A stretch of DNA of 64,000 nt, from positions 309,132,001-309,196,000 of the forward strand of contig OZ024740.1 of NCBI GenBank assembly GCA_964016885.1, given 5' to 3'. The notes under the pieces are model-generated. The model saw only the letters and a list, made by a program, of their open reading frames with translations. It had not been told where the DNA came from and searched no databases. This stretch comes from Eledone cirrhosa (lineage: Eukaryota). The position numbers and the translations under genes were made by a program. Positions 13,446 through 28,460 of the stretch are shown here, piece by piece. How positions within the stretch are numbered: position 1 is the stretch's first letter; every line of letters begins with the position of its first letter.

Positions 13446-13470
13446 TTTTTTTTTTTTTTTGCAGGTAAGT
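13446..13470 (+). promoter_or_regulatory. Candidate recursive splice site (3' acceptor directly followed by 5' donor)
   Basis: T15-GCAG|GTAAGT; AG at 13463-13464, GT at 13465-13466. Confidence 0.5.
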
Positions 13471-13899
13471 TTAGAAGATTAATACTAGACATAACAAAGG
13501 AGACCATGACATAAGAAAAACAGCAGAACAGTTTGTAAAACATTTTTACAGTTATCTTGTACAGTTATCACAGAAGTATAACTCTTTTGTTATAAAAACA
13601 TTGTTTGAAGTCATTGAATGAAGAACATTTATTGAACTTAGATTTTGTAACATCAAATATTAATCTAAATTATTAGACATCTCTTTATTATTTATAATGA
13701 ACCTATAACAATTGATACTAACCTCAGGTTAGTAACCATGACTTTGTTAGAATGTTTTATTACAGCATTCAAATTTAAAAGAATTGGTATACAAATTTTA
13801 ATTTTTGAATTGCTCTACAAGATTCTCTGTATTTTTTCTTTTATTAGTTAGGTATTGAGGAATTGGAAGTAATTACAATCTCCACCTCAGCTCTTTTCT

Positions 13900-15200
13900 T
13901 CGAGACTGATGTGGTTAGTTCCATTAATGTTTAGCTTACACTCTTGCAAGTCAACAACATTCAGGAAAGACATGTACAAGAATAGAATTCTTGAGAGACA
14001 ACATTCTGGAAAGAAGGGTTAGGTGTAGTGATTAGTGCCAGACCTGGGAGGTTGGACATAACATGGGTGATGTGATGATGAGGGAAGAGATGAGTTGCGT
14101 GCTTGAGTGGAAACAGCATGAGACCAGTGGACCATGAAGAACAGAGGCTATTGTAATAGAAGTAGAAAGCTAGAAAGAAAATGTTTTTGGTCCAGAGGCT
14201 GGAGTGTGTCTGCAAATAACTTTTTACTAATCAGATGAGTGATGTTTCTCTAGATGGTATCTAAGACGTCTGTTGTACTCAATTGTGGATCTCACCTGAA
14301 CTTTGTAGGGGATTAGTAGCTGGGAAGAAGGAGTCTAATGTATTTTCTACTTCAAAAGAAAAAGGCCAGTCTTCGAGATACAGTCTTAGCTATATAAATG
14401 GTGTGCCAGAGAGACCCTTGGTGTCTGTGAGACCTCACATTTGGAGCGATCATGAGAGCTCTAGTTTCATGTTTTTCAGGTTTAAGGGGGGAAGGTGTAA
14501 TGATGCTTTTTTTTTTTTATAAGAGCAAGGCTTATGATTGTTTTAGTAGCTGAGGGACACGAGAATGTCATGACTCCATTGGAAGATGTGTTTGAGATCT
14601 TTGTTCATAGATTAAGTCTAGATATGGTGTGAGGTGTCTAGGCTACATGTGAATGATGGTTGGTTGGAAAATGTTAAGGAGGAATTAAAGGTGATATCAC
14701 CTGTGTAAGAGTGAGTGTTGCTGGATGTGATGGCAAGTAGGTCATTCATGTACAGAAAGAAGTATGTGAAGGACAAAACTGAATCCCTGGGGCACACCAG
14801 AGACGATAGAGTGATCTTTGATCTATAATCTATCAGCATAGGCTATGATAGTGTGATCTGACAGGAAGCTTTTAGTCCAAGAAATAAGAGATAGCTTGGG
14901 CCCATAGGCAGTTTTTACAAGAGATTCACATGCCAAACACAACTAAATGCTTTGTCGATACTGATAGCAACACTACTAATTTTTTCTATGACAAGAACCC
15001 AATGGTTAATGGTATAGGAGAGTAGGTCTCCAGTAGATTTAGTTTTATTAACATTTGAAAACACAGTTGCCACAATACAGATAACTATAATAATAGTAGA
15101 TAATAGTTGAATAGATGAGGTAAAGCACTCTTGGAGAGGGAAAAAATTGGACAGTGATTTCAGCATTATCTGTTATCAATCATTATACCTACCTGCATTC
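13900..15200 (-). mobile_element. Decayed CR1/L2/Jockey-group LINE RT remnant
   Basis: SIDKAFSCVWHVNLL resembles D.SKAFDRVWH; PRDSVLSFTYFFLYMNDL...SYTGD resembles [15 protein letters not shown]...YADD. Confidence 0.75.
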
Positions 15201-15560
15201 TGGCAACTACTTTCAAATTTCAAATTGCCCAATGTTTCATTGGTCAACCAAGTTTTTTTTTGCAATCTATAATATGATAAAGGGAGGAGTGCTGGACAGC
15301 GTCCGTTTTATATATTTTTATCCTGTTAGTAAAATAAGTTGGATTACTTTGAATAAATAATGAATGAATATTATGTAATTTATCTACAAAATTTCGAAGC
15401 TCTTGATTAAACATAAATATTCTTATATATAAAGTATTGCTTATTTTAAGATTCACTTCTTTAAAAATTTAAAATGTCAATACTTCTGGTTAGCGTCCGT
15501 TACATCATAACACTTATCACATCGCTTATATAAACGTTCATATATTTGCATCGTTATATA

Positions 15561-16250
15561 AGGTGGAAGACTTACGTAGATTAGAGAGAAACGAAGCCTG
15601 CATGCTCCGATGGATGTGTAACAGTAATATACGTGAACGACAAAGCATAAATGAATTGAGAGAGAGACTGAGCATAAGAGGAATCAAATGCTGCGTGCAG
15701 GAGAGGCGGTTACGCTGGTATGGACATGTGATGCGTATGAAGGATGACAGCTGCATAAAAAGGTGCAGAGCACTAGAAGTTGATGGAAACCGCGGGGTGG
15801 GGAGACCCAAGATGACTTGGGATGAGGTGATAAAAGCCGACCTTACCCAACTACACCTCTCAAAGTCAATGACACACGACCGTGACTTCTGGCGTCACGC
15901 AGTAATACAGGGTACCCGACCTCCCATGGGTACATGCTGAAGCATATAAACAATATGCCCCCCCCCCCCCCCCCACCGCAAGGTGGTCGTGGAGGTGCCA
16001 CGGCAAAAAAGCACCCAGCCCACACTGTAAAGTGGACGTGTAGGCGCCACGAAAAAGCACCCAGCACTCACTGTAAATGAGGTTGGTGTTAGGAAGGGCA
16101 TCCAGCTGTAGAAATCAAGCCAGATCAGTTCCTGTATGAGCAAGGCATGGTCAGCCGACCAGACACTGCCCACAACAGGACAACCCGTCTAACCCATGCT
16201 AGCGTGGAAGAACGGACGTAAAACGGTGATGATGATGATGATGATGATGA
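15561..16250 (+). mobile_element. Young 5'-truncated RTE LINE with (GAT)n tail and 9-bp TSD ATATAAGGT
   Basis: Near-identical to 26518-27190; TSD at 15556-15564 and 16250-16258. Confidence 0.93.
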
Positions 16251-16479
16251 TATAAGGTTTATATTTTCGCCTTTTTCGTTTTCATAACATTTTAGTTTGT
16301 TGTATATGCTGTTTATATATAATATCGTTTTTTTTTAATGTATCATGGATTACTTTACTGATTACAGAAGAGAGTGTAACACAAATTTCTATGTATATTG
16401 TCAATTACGATTTCATTTGACGTATCATATCTACATGCATATATATTTGCGTATAATATCAATATGCTCACTACACATG

Positions 16480-16517
16480 CTAGCAGAAAACCACCCGAAG
16501 GGTGGTTTTTCTGCTAG
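16480..16517. other. GC-rich DNA hairpin ending in CTAG(T), possible Helitron-type 3' end
   Basis: ctagcagaaaaccaccc-gaa-gggtggtttttctgctag. Confidence 0.45.
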
Positions 16518-16639
16518 TTTTATTAATGTTTTATATATTCCTATTAGTTTTTAAAAACGTTTTTATGACACTACCCGTATGATAGCCAAGAACATTTATA
16601 TTTAAACTATGTAATGTCATTACCATCAACAAGCATGAA

Positions 16640-18005
16640 TTGAACTGAAAAATCAACCCACTTGATGTTTCAAATGCTAGTTTATATCAATTTCCACACA
16701 ATACATCAGGTTAGAAAAGGTTTAAGAACAATTGATCCTTTGTTTGGCTGATGTTATTGTGAGAATTACGTAGTTGAAAAGCTTCATAATAACGGGTATC
16801 AATGGGATGTATTGATTAGATACTTCTGGAAGTAATGACTGTATCATTTTGTTGAAAGCTAATATTCCAGTTAGTAAAGTTAGTAGGCATTATCATCTGT
16901 AATTGAAGAGTGTAGGTGTGGCAAACACTAAAAAAGATTTTTTTCATTTAACTTACTTTAATGTTCATTGATTATTTATAATGGAACATCAAAACTTCTT
17001 CATATTGTGGTGGGAATGTGATATTGTATAATGATTATGCCTTTATTAGCAACACCATTAAAGTAAAGGAAATTGAATGATTTTAATCATAGATAACCAT
17101 CCTGACTCTCAATGGTCTCTTTCTACTATCCTTTTCTTTTGTTATCAATTCAGATAGTAGTGAATGCTTTGTACCAGTGGTTTTTCAAACTTATTTTGTT
17201 GTGGGACCTTTATTCAACTTGCAGAAAGTCACAGAACCTATATCTTATGGACAATTCCTACCATTTTATTTTAAAAGTATATTAAATGAAACAATAATAG
17301 TTTTAGAGAGATAATTTATACATATGAACAAAAGAAAAACACAATCTTTTCAATTAAGGCATTTTGCCTTGTGAAATCCCAGAACTTTTTCATGGAATTC
17401 ACGCTGTTCAAGAGGCAATCTTCCAGTAAGAAGTTTCTGCAAAAAATCCATAAAGGCCTTTGAACATTGAAAAATTAACCATCTTGATGTTTCTGGTGTT
17501 GGTTTTTCTCAATTTCCACACAAAATGTCTGGCTAGGAAAGATTGTAGAATGATCAATCCGTTCTTTGGCTGTTATTGTTCTGAGAATTATCTAGTTGAA
17601 GAGATTCATAATAATGGGTATCAATGGGTTAAGTTGATTAGATATTCTTCAGAGTATCATTTTGTTGAAAGCTAATATTCCAGTTAGTGAAGTATTATCA
17701 TGTGTAATTGGAGAGTTTAGGTGTGGCAAACATTAAAAAAGTTTTTTTGTTTAACTTTATTTTAATGTTTATTGATTATTTATAATGGAACATCTAAATT
17801 TCATATTGTAGTGGGGAATGTGATATTGTACAATGTTTATGCCTTTATAAACAACACCATTAAAGTAAATGAAATTGAATTACTTTAACCAAAGATCAGA
17901 ATCTGATTACCAGCATAGCTCTCAATGGCCTCCTTCTGCTTTGTTTTCTTTATCTCTCTATATATATTTTCTTTTATGATCAATTCAGATAGTAGTGAAT
18001 GCTCT
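16640..18005 (+). repeat. Old local direct duplication (~530 bp; 16640-17170 vs 17465-18005)
   Basis: Collinear shared blocks such as gtatcattttgttgaaagctaatattccagttagt and atcaattcagatagtagtgaatgct. Confidence 0.85.
17174..17400 (+). mobile_element. Possible hAT/Charlie-like MITE remnant
   Basis: Begins CAGTGGTTTTTCAAAC, resembling hAT-Charlie TIRs; second TIR not clear. Confidence 0.35.
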
Positions 18006-18257
18006 AGAAGCAATCTTCTAGCAAGCTGAAACTGTCACAAGTTTACAAAGATCCTTGAAAAGGGCATGACATCATATCTGCTTGTTTGCCTTTTTGTAAA
18101 CCATTAAACTACATGCACTGTTACAAGTCAATCCAGAGATGGAGGTGCCAAATTATGGCATTTTCTACTCAAACCTATGACTATCTAGGATTTTCTTCCA
18201 ATTCACAGTTTGGATTGTTTCACATCACTCTTATTGCTAGCTCAGTCTGTCTCAAAC

Positions 18258-18520
18258 CAGGAGGCTCATCAGGTCGGTGCTCATCTTGGTTTCGAGGTGT
18301 GAAGTATCTAAGAGTACAAGACTTCCCCCTGGATAGGATGCCAGTCCATTGCAGGGTTAAACCCCCAGCTGTTGCTGGTACTCATTTTCAGATGAGTATA
18401 TTGAAGCAACTTGAAATAAAGTGTTTTGTTCAAGAAAACAACACAACCCAGCCCAGGAATCAAACCCACAACATTGAGATCATAAGTCTAACACCCTTAC
18501 CATTAGGCCATGTGCCTCCA
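18258..18520 (-). mobile_element. tRNA-derived SINE (family D)
   Basis: Head ggaggcacatggcctaatgg on - strand; ggatgccagtccattgcagg core. Confidence 0.75.
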
Positions 18521-18686
18521 CATATTGATTGCTAATGTCTAAATTTTTTTCCTTTAAACTCTCAGATTTCATTCTATCATATCCAAGAAACTAATTATTA
18601 ATAAAAAGGAATACAAAATTGTTAAAATCCCTCTCCGGGTTTGAGCATAGCTGATTTCTTAGAGAAGGAGAGGTAGGGAGAGGTAG

Positions 18687-18692
18687 AGAGAG

Positions 18693-18745
<53 letters not shown>

Positions 18746-18897
18746 AACCGACCCGGTACTAAATCGTTACTTTGTTTATCAATCTCCAAAGGATGAAAGG
18801 CAAAGCTGACCTTGGTGTGATTTGAGCACAGAGAGCCAAAACAAATACCACAAAGCATCCTACTCAACATGCTAACAACTCTACCAATTTACCACCT
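18687..18897 (-). mobile_element. SINE family C with adjacent (GA)n
   Basis: ggatgaaaggcaaagctgacc is the reverse complement of the family C core. Confidence 0.75.
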
Positions 18898-19098
18898 TAT
18901 TATACATGTTGTCCAAAACTATATTCCTCTGTCCAATTTACTTCTTCAAATGAGAATAATGCTAACTTCTCTAGTCTGGTAGATTATTCTGTTGGAAGAC
19001 ATAAAAGATGCTTAAAGATAAAAACATTCCATTAGTAACAAATTCTATTATTAGAACAGAATTGCTCATTTATTATTTCATTTATTTTTCTCTATCAG

Positions 19099-19194
19099 AT
19101 TTACGAAGGTTTATCCTGTCTTTTTACCTTTATCGCTTGGAAGGCATCAAAGCAAAAGGATTAATGTCTTTCATTAGAATATAAATAATGGCAG
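19099..19194 (+). other. Candidate host-gene exon (5'UTR ending in ATG GCA G)
   Basis: tttttctctatcAG| ... aataATGgcag|GTATGT; stops in all three frames before the ATG at 19188. Confidence 0.35.
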
Positions 19195-19379
19195 GTATGT
19201 TTTCTAGCATGTAGTTAAATTGTACAATATAAGAAACAAAACAGTAATTCATTCTAAATTGTCTGACAGTGTATAATATCTTCTACTTACTATAATGATT
19301 TCTTATTTATACACAAGGCCAACAATTTGTGGGAGGGAGATTATATCAACTCCAGTACTTGCCTGGTACTTTATTTTAT

Positions 19380-19605
19380 TGTGACACCTACTCAACTGCA
19401 TTAACAGTGTGGACTGGGCACGTTTTATCGTGACATCAACACAACCACATTACTGTGTAGAATGGGCGCTTTTTGTTGTGGCACCTACACAACCACTTTA
19501 CAGTATGGATTGGGCACTTTTGTTGTGGCACCTACATGACCACATTTACAGTGTGGACTGGGCACTTTTTGTTGTGACACCAAAACAACCACTTTATAGT
19601 GGGTA
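19380..19605 (-). repeat. Tandem array of the ~40-bp SINE/LINE core unit (~5 copies)
   Basis: Repeated ttgtggcacctacacaaccactttacagtgtggactgggc. Confidence 0.75.
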
Positions 19606-19727
19606 TTAGGGGCTAGGGTGGCATAGGTGCGTGTATGTAGAGTGGGGTATGAAGAGGTAGATCTAGTGTGGGAAATTTATCTGGTGAAGGGTGATGTGTT
19701 AGGACGAAATAGAGTTGCAGCCATCAT

Positions 19728-19778
<51 letters not shown>

Positions 19779-20064
19779 CATCATCATCATTATCGTTTAA
19801 CAGCTATCTTCCATACTAGCATATACTGAGTTTAAACAGCTCATAAACAACTGAAATTCTATAAGAATCCAGCTTCTATAACTCTCGGGAGAAGAGTTAT
19901 AGAAGCCTTGACAACTACTTACAAGTGAGAAATGACACTGTCGATTACTTCACTTTTTTTTTGCCGAGACTAGGTATGTGACATTGGTCACGACTTTAAA
20001 ATTCATAGCAAATAGCCTTCAGAATGTTTTTAAATAAACAAACAGTATATTATTAAATATACTA

Positions 20065-20080
20065 TATGTTCATTCATATG

Positions 20081-20111
<31 letters not shown>

Positions 20112-20430
20112 ATATGTATATGTGTATATGTGTATATGTATATATGTGTATATGTATATGTATATGTGTATATGTATATTTATATATGTATAAATATATA
20201 TGTATATGTACATATACAGTATATGTATATATATATATATGTATAAATATATATGTAAATGTATATATGTATATGTGTATACTTATATGTATTTTTGTAT
20301 GTGTATGTATATATATATATATATGTGTGTATACTTATACACATACAAAAATACATATACACATATATATATGTATATATATATATGTATAAGTATATAT
20401 ATATATATATATATATATGTGTATATATAT
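20065..20430. repeat. (TA)n/(TATG)n microsatellite
   Basis: Seen directly. Confidence 0.95.
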
Positions 20431-21925
20431 CCTCCTCTTTATTTCGGCCACGGATGGCCAACATAACCCCAACCCCATCTCCCTCACCCCTCCCCGTACC
20501 CCACCGTTCCCACCCACCAAACGCAACCCAAAACTTCAGAGTTGGTACCATGAATGTAGGCACCTTAAAAGGTCGCTCTAACGAGGTTGTAGAAATGCTT
20601 GAGTGTAAGGAGGTTGATGTTTGCTGTATCCAAGAGACCAGGTGGAGGGGTGGGTCTGCTAGATTCATTGTGGGTAAAAAACGATGCTATAAGCTTTTCT
20701 GGGTGGGAAATGACAATGGGCTGGGTGGGGTAGGAATCATGTTAGCAGAAAAATGGGTTGATAAGATAATAGACGTAAATAGAGTGAACGAAAGAATAAT
20801 TAAAATAAGACTTGTCCTAAATAGAACTACTGTGACAGTAATATCTGCGTACGCACCCCAATCCGGACTGCCTGGCTTTATAAAAGACAGATTCTATGAG
20901 ATATTGATGCTCACTACCTCCCAAATAACTGACAATGACTACATAATTATTGCTGGTGACCTAAAGGACAACATTGTGATGGCTATGACGGAATCCATCG
21001 AGGCTATGGGTTTGGTACTATAAATGAGGAAGGCTCCAGAATCCTGGAATTCTGTGACGCAAATAACCTAACTATCTGTAACACTAACTTCAAAAAACGA
21101 GACAATCACTTGATCACCTATAGATCAGGGGAACACGCCAGTCAGATAGATTATATCCTTACCAGAAGACGTGATAGAGTGTCTGTTGTAAACACTAAAT
21201 CCCTCCCCCATGAAGAATGCACCTCCCAACATAGACTCATAGTCAGCGACCTCATAGTCAGGACAAGACGTACTCGACAACAGAGGAGGATTATCCTCAG
21301 GAGAAAAATATGGAAGCTAAAGGACCCCACAGCCAGTAATAAATTTAAAAGCATATTACTTGATGCTTTTGACAGTAAGGAAGAGCAATTAGAGTCGTAC
21401 AATATAGAGGAACAGTGGGAATTCCTGAAAGCTAACCTGCTGAAGGCGGCAGATGAAATCTGTGGCTGGAGCAGGCCTATAAGCAGGAGGAGAGTAACGT
21501 GGTGGTGGAACAGTAAGGTGGAGGAGTCAATTAAGGCCAAAAAGCAGACTTTGAAGGTATGGTGGGATGGGGGAAGTAGAGAAGACTATCAAGTGGCCAG
21601 GAGGGAAGCTAGGAGACAAGTGTACTTCGCAAGAAGGGAAGCAGAGGAAAGAAAGTTCAAGCATGTTCTACAACGCGAGGACCAAAAACGTGAGGTGTTC
21701 AGGATTGCTAGGCAATGTGTCAAGGAAAACCGTGATATTGTCGGGGAGAAGTGTGTCCTTAATGATGATGGTGTACTTGCCATCACTGACGCTGATAAGA
21801 AGGTAGCTTGGAAGTGTCACTACGAAGGGCTACTAATTGAGGAGAATAAATGGGAGAAAGACAGTCTCCCCCACATCGATCCAATAGAGGGACCAGCAGT
21901 GCTAGTTGAAGGTAGTATAATAAGT
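20431..21925 (+). mobile_element. RTE LINE 5' half (APE endonuclease + linker), frameshifted
   Basis: ATG 20454; [41 protein letters not shown] endonuclease motifs. Confidence 0.95.
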
Positions 21926-22523
21926 TGAAGGTAGTATAATAAGGTAGTGTAAAACTTTATACTATTTGTTAACCTTAAATTATATGTATGATGTAATTTT
22001 GTATATCTTTTGATGCCAATATATTATAATATTGTTATTATAATGTTATTATAATGTTTCTATATTGTTTATGCACACTGACAGGGAATTATATATTATA
22101 TTTTATTTTTATTTTTATCTTTATTCTTATTTTTATCTTTATTATATTATACTGTAAACAATATATATATATATATTTAAATACTTAATAAGTGTTAATT
22201 TGTATTTGTACTAATGTGTATATGTATAGAGATATATGTATATATATACATATATTAAGCTTTTTATTATCACCATCTATTATATTATATTATACTCGCA
22301 TTATATTACCATTTGTGTTTCAAGTTTTAGCATTATACAATATTTGCAATGTGGGTTCAACATGTTAATCACTTCCTTGCTATTTGGTCCATATCTATGT
22401 TTGTAACTGCTCACTCTTAAGCTTAGACAACTTTTCCTTGATATCTTTCCTAAGCTTTAATAGATGTACACTCCATATTCTTCTGAGTTTTTGGCTTGTA
22501 TTGGCCGATAGTGCTTCTTGTAG

Positions 22524-22578
22524 CTTTACTTGCCCTGATGAGTCCTTAATAGGACGAAACATTGTTGGCTAATAAAGA
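22524..22578 (+). ncRNA. Minimal type-I hammerhead ribozyme (HH1)
   Basis: gcc-CTGATGA(22535-41)-gtcct taat aggac-GAAA-cattg-TT-ggc, then aataaa; stem I extends via cttta/taaag. Confidence 0.8.
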
Positions 22579-22719
22579 CTTTGGATGTATTGAAGGATTC
22601 TTTGGTTTATTTTTTATAATTCTTCGGCTCTGTTTAATTACATTGAGCTATATCCTATACTGTCATTTCTATAATATGAAGAGGGTGTTTAACTCCAACA
22701 CACTCTAGTATTTTAATTC

Positions 22720-23130
22720 TTATATATATATGTATATATGTATATGTATATATGTATATATATATATGTATATATATATATGTATATATATATATGTATA
22801 TATATATATGTATATATATATATGTATATATATATATGTATATATATATATGTATATATATATATGTATATATATATGTATATATATATATGTATATATA
22901 TATGTATATATATATATGTATATATATGTATATATATATATGTATATATATATGTATGTGTATATATATGTATATATATATGTATATATATATGTGTATA
23001 TATATATGTGTATATATATATATGTATATATATATGTGTATATATATATGTGTATATATATATGTATATATATATATGTGTATATATATATGTATATATA
23101 TGTATATATATATATGTATATATATATATG

Positions 23131-23161
<31 letters not shown>

Positions 23162-23262
23162 GTATGTATATATATATGTATGTATATATATATGTATGTA
23201 TATATATATATATGTATATATATATATGTATATATATATGTATATATATGTATATATATATG

Positions 23263-23293
<31 letters not shown>

Positions 23294-23352
23294 GTATATA
23301 TATATATGTATATATATATATGTATATATATATATATGTATATATATATATG
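22720..23352. repeat. (TA)n microsatellite with G interruptions
   Basis: Seen directly. Confidence 0.97.
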
Positions 23353-23419
23353 TTGCTATATAACGGTTGCTCAATATTTATGGTACGTCAAAATTATTTA
23401 TAAAACTGTTTATATATTG

Positions 23420-23485
23420 TATTTTATCTGAAGAAGGCATGCCATATTTTTAATATGGTATCCCCGAAATATGTATAATGAAATA
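23420..23485 (+). ncRNA. Minimal type-I hammerhead ribozyme (HH2), stem II base mismatched
   Basis: tattttat-CTGAAGA-[atgccatatt/aatatggtat]-GAAA-tatgta-TA-atgaaata. Confidence 0.65.
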
Positions 23486-23611
23486 AATATGGTTTTATAA
23501 ATATAGTTTCCATTTGTTTAATATCGTATATCTACTCCAAAACTTGTCGAGTGCTTTATATCAGTTATAAAATATTTACTTGTAACCCAACAATTTTAAA
23601 TAAAACTTTTG

Positions 23612-25362
<1,751 letters not shown>

Positions 25363-27190
25363 ATCGTTAACCAGGTAATACTGGAAGGGGCCATACCAAA
25401 AAATTGGTGCAGTAGCATCATTGTCAACTGCTACAAAGGTAAAGGCGATGCACTAGATAGAGGAAACTATAGAGGTATAAAGTTGATGGACCAGGTCATG
25501 AAAGTAACAGAAAGAGTTATAGCACAGCTGATTAGGGACCGCGTGAATATAGACGAGATACAATTTGGGTTTGTACCAGGGAAAGGCACCACTGATGCCC
25601 TCTTCCTTGTGAGGCAATTACAGGAAAAGTACCTAGCTAAAAGTAAGCCACTCTACTTGGCATTTGTCGACCTTGAGAAAGCCTTTGACAGAGTTCCACG
25701 TGCAGTAATCTGGTGGGCTCTTAGAAAACTAGGAGTAGATGAATGGCTTGTGAAAGCGGTACAAGCCATGTATAGGGGAGCAGTCAGCAAAGTTAGGATT
25801 AGCAATGAGTATAGCGAGGAATTTAGCGTACAGGTTGGGGTCCACCAGGGCTCTGTTCTTAGCCCTCTCCTGTTCATCATAGTCCTGCAGGCAATAACGG
25901 AGGAGTTTAAGACCGGATGCCCATGGGAACTCCTGTATGCTGATGACCTCGCACTCATAGCTGAATCTATGGTAGAACTAGAGAATAAATTCCAAACCTG
26001 GAAGCAGGGACTAGAGAGAAAGGGCCTCAAAGTCAACATGACAAAGACTAAGGTCCTTGTAAGTAGACGAGAAAACAGAATCCAGATCCCCTCAGGGAAA
26101 TGGCCTTGCTCAGTATGTAGGAAAGGTGTAGGTAGGAACTCCATTCTCTGCCCCAAATGCAAACAATGGGTACAGAAGAGATGTAGCGGGATCTCAGGAA
26201 GCTTAATTAAGAATGTAGGATTCACATGCAGCAGCTGTGCTGAAACAGCAAGCAAACAGCCACAGGAAACAAGTACCACCAATCTCTGGGAGGGCTCTGT
26301 AGAAACAGTAGACAGCTTCTGCTACCTAGGTGACCGAATTAGCAGCGGAGGTGGGTGTTCAGAAAGTACAATAACTAGGGTAAGAACGGGATGGAAGAAG
26401 TTTAGGGAACTACTACCACTGCTAGCTGCAAAAGGCTTCTCCCTCAGAATGAAAGGCAGACTGTATGATGCGTGTATCCGAGCAGCAATGTTGCATGGTA
26501 GTGAGACCTGGGCGCTGAAGGTGGAAGACTTACGTAGATTAGAGAGAAACAAAGCCTGCATGCTCCGATGGATGTGTAACAGTAATATACGTGAACGACA
26601 AAGCATAAATGAATTGAGAGAGAGACTGAGCATAAGAGGAATCAAATGCTGTGTGCAGGAGAGGCGGTTGCGCTGGTATGGACATGTGATGCGTATGAAG
26701 GATGACAGCTGCATAAAAAGGTGCAGAGCACTAGAAGTTGATGGAAACCGCGGAGTGGGGAGACCCAAGATGACCTGGGATGAGGTGATAAAAGCCGACC
26801 TTACCCAATTACACCTCTCAACACACGACCGTGACCTCTGGCGTCATGCAGTAATACAGAGTACCCGACCTCCCATGGGTACAAGCTGAAGCATATAGAC
26901 AATATGCCCCCACACCCCCTACCGCAAGGTGGTCGTGGAGGTGCCACGGCAAAAAAGCACCCAGCCCACACTGTAAAGTGGACGTGTAGGCGCCACGAAA
27001 AAGCACCCAGCACTCACTGTAAATGAGGTTGGTGTTAGGAAGGGCATCCAGCTGTAGAAATCAAGCCAGATCAGTTCCTGTATGAGCAAGGCATGGTCAG
27101 CCGACCAGACACTGCCCACAACAGGACAACCCGTCTAACCCATGCTAGCGTGGAAGAACGGACGTAAAACGGTGATGATGATGATGATAT
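25363..27190 (+). mobile_element. RTE LINE 3' half: open RT frame to 26889, 3'UTR and (GAT)n tail
   Basis: [45 protein letters not shown]. Confidence 0.96.
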
Positions 27191-27384
27191 ATATATGTAT
27201 ATGTATATATGAAATTTCATATAACTGCTCTGTAAATCATCTGATGTTTTTACATTGAGCTACTTAACTTACTGGTAATAAGGTAGTAATACATTACTGC
27301 CTACCACTATTTAGGGTGTGTGTAAAATACTTATAACTGCATAAGGTTTTGTATTTACATAACCATAAATAGTATAACTAATAC

Positions 27385-27418
27385 TATATGTATATATATA
27401 TATATGTATATATATATG

Positions 27419-27449
<31 letters not shown>

Positions 27450-27460
27450 GTATATATATG

Positions 27461-27505
<45 letters not shown>

Positions 27506-27560
27506 GTATATATATATATGTATATATATGTATATATATATATATATGTATATATATATG

Positions 27561-27643
<83 letters not shown>

Positions 27644-27748
27644 GTATATATGTATATATATATATGTATATATATGTATATATGTATATATATATATATG
27701 TATATATATATGTATATATGTATATATATATATGTATATGTATATATG

Positions 27749-27781
<33 letters not shown>

Positions 27782-27790
27782 GTATATATG

Positions 27791-27839
<49 letters not shown>

Positions 27840-27880
27840 GTATATATATATGTATATATATATATGTATATATATATATG

Positions 27881-27933
<53 letters not shown>

Positions 27934-27934
27934 G

Positions 27935-27981
<47 letters not shown>

Positions 27982-27982
27982 G

Positions 27983-28035
<53 letters not shown>

Positions 28036-28106
28036 GTATATATATATATGTATATATATATATGTATATATATATATGTATATATATATATGTATATATA
28101 TATATG

Positions 28107-28153
<47 letters not shown>

Positions 28154-28332
28154 GTATATATATATATGTATATATATATATGTATATATATATATGTATA
28201 TATATATATGTATATATATATATGTATATATATATATGTATATGTATATATGTATATGTATATATGTATATGTATATATATATATATGTATATATATATA
28301 TGTATATATATATATATGTATATATATATATG

Positions 28333-28365
<33 letters not shown>

Positions 28366-28460
28366 GTATATATATATGTATATATATGTATATATATGTA
28401 TATATATATATGTATATATATATGTATATATATATATGTATATATATGTATATATATATA
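27385..28460. repeat. (TA)n microsatellite with G interruptions
   Basis: Seen directly. Confidence 0.97.

Noticed and set aside
19380-19605. CRISPR-like array
   Set aside because: Degenerate tandem units without unique spacers; eukaryotic SINE core; no cas genes
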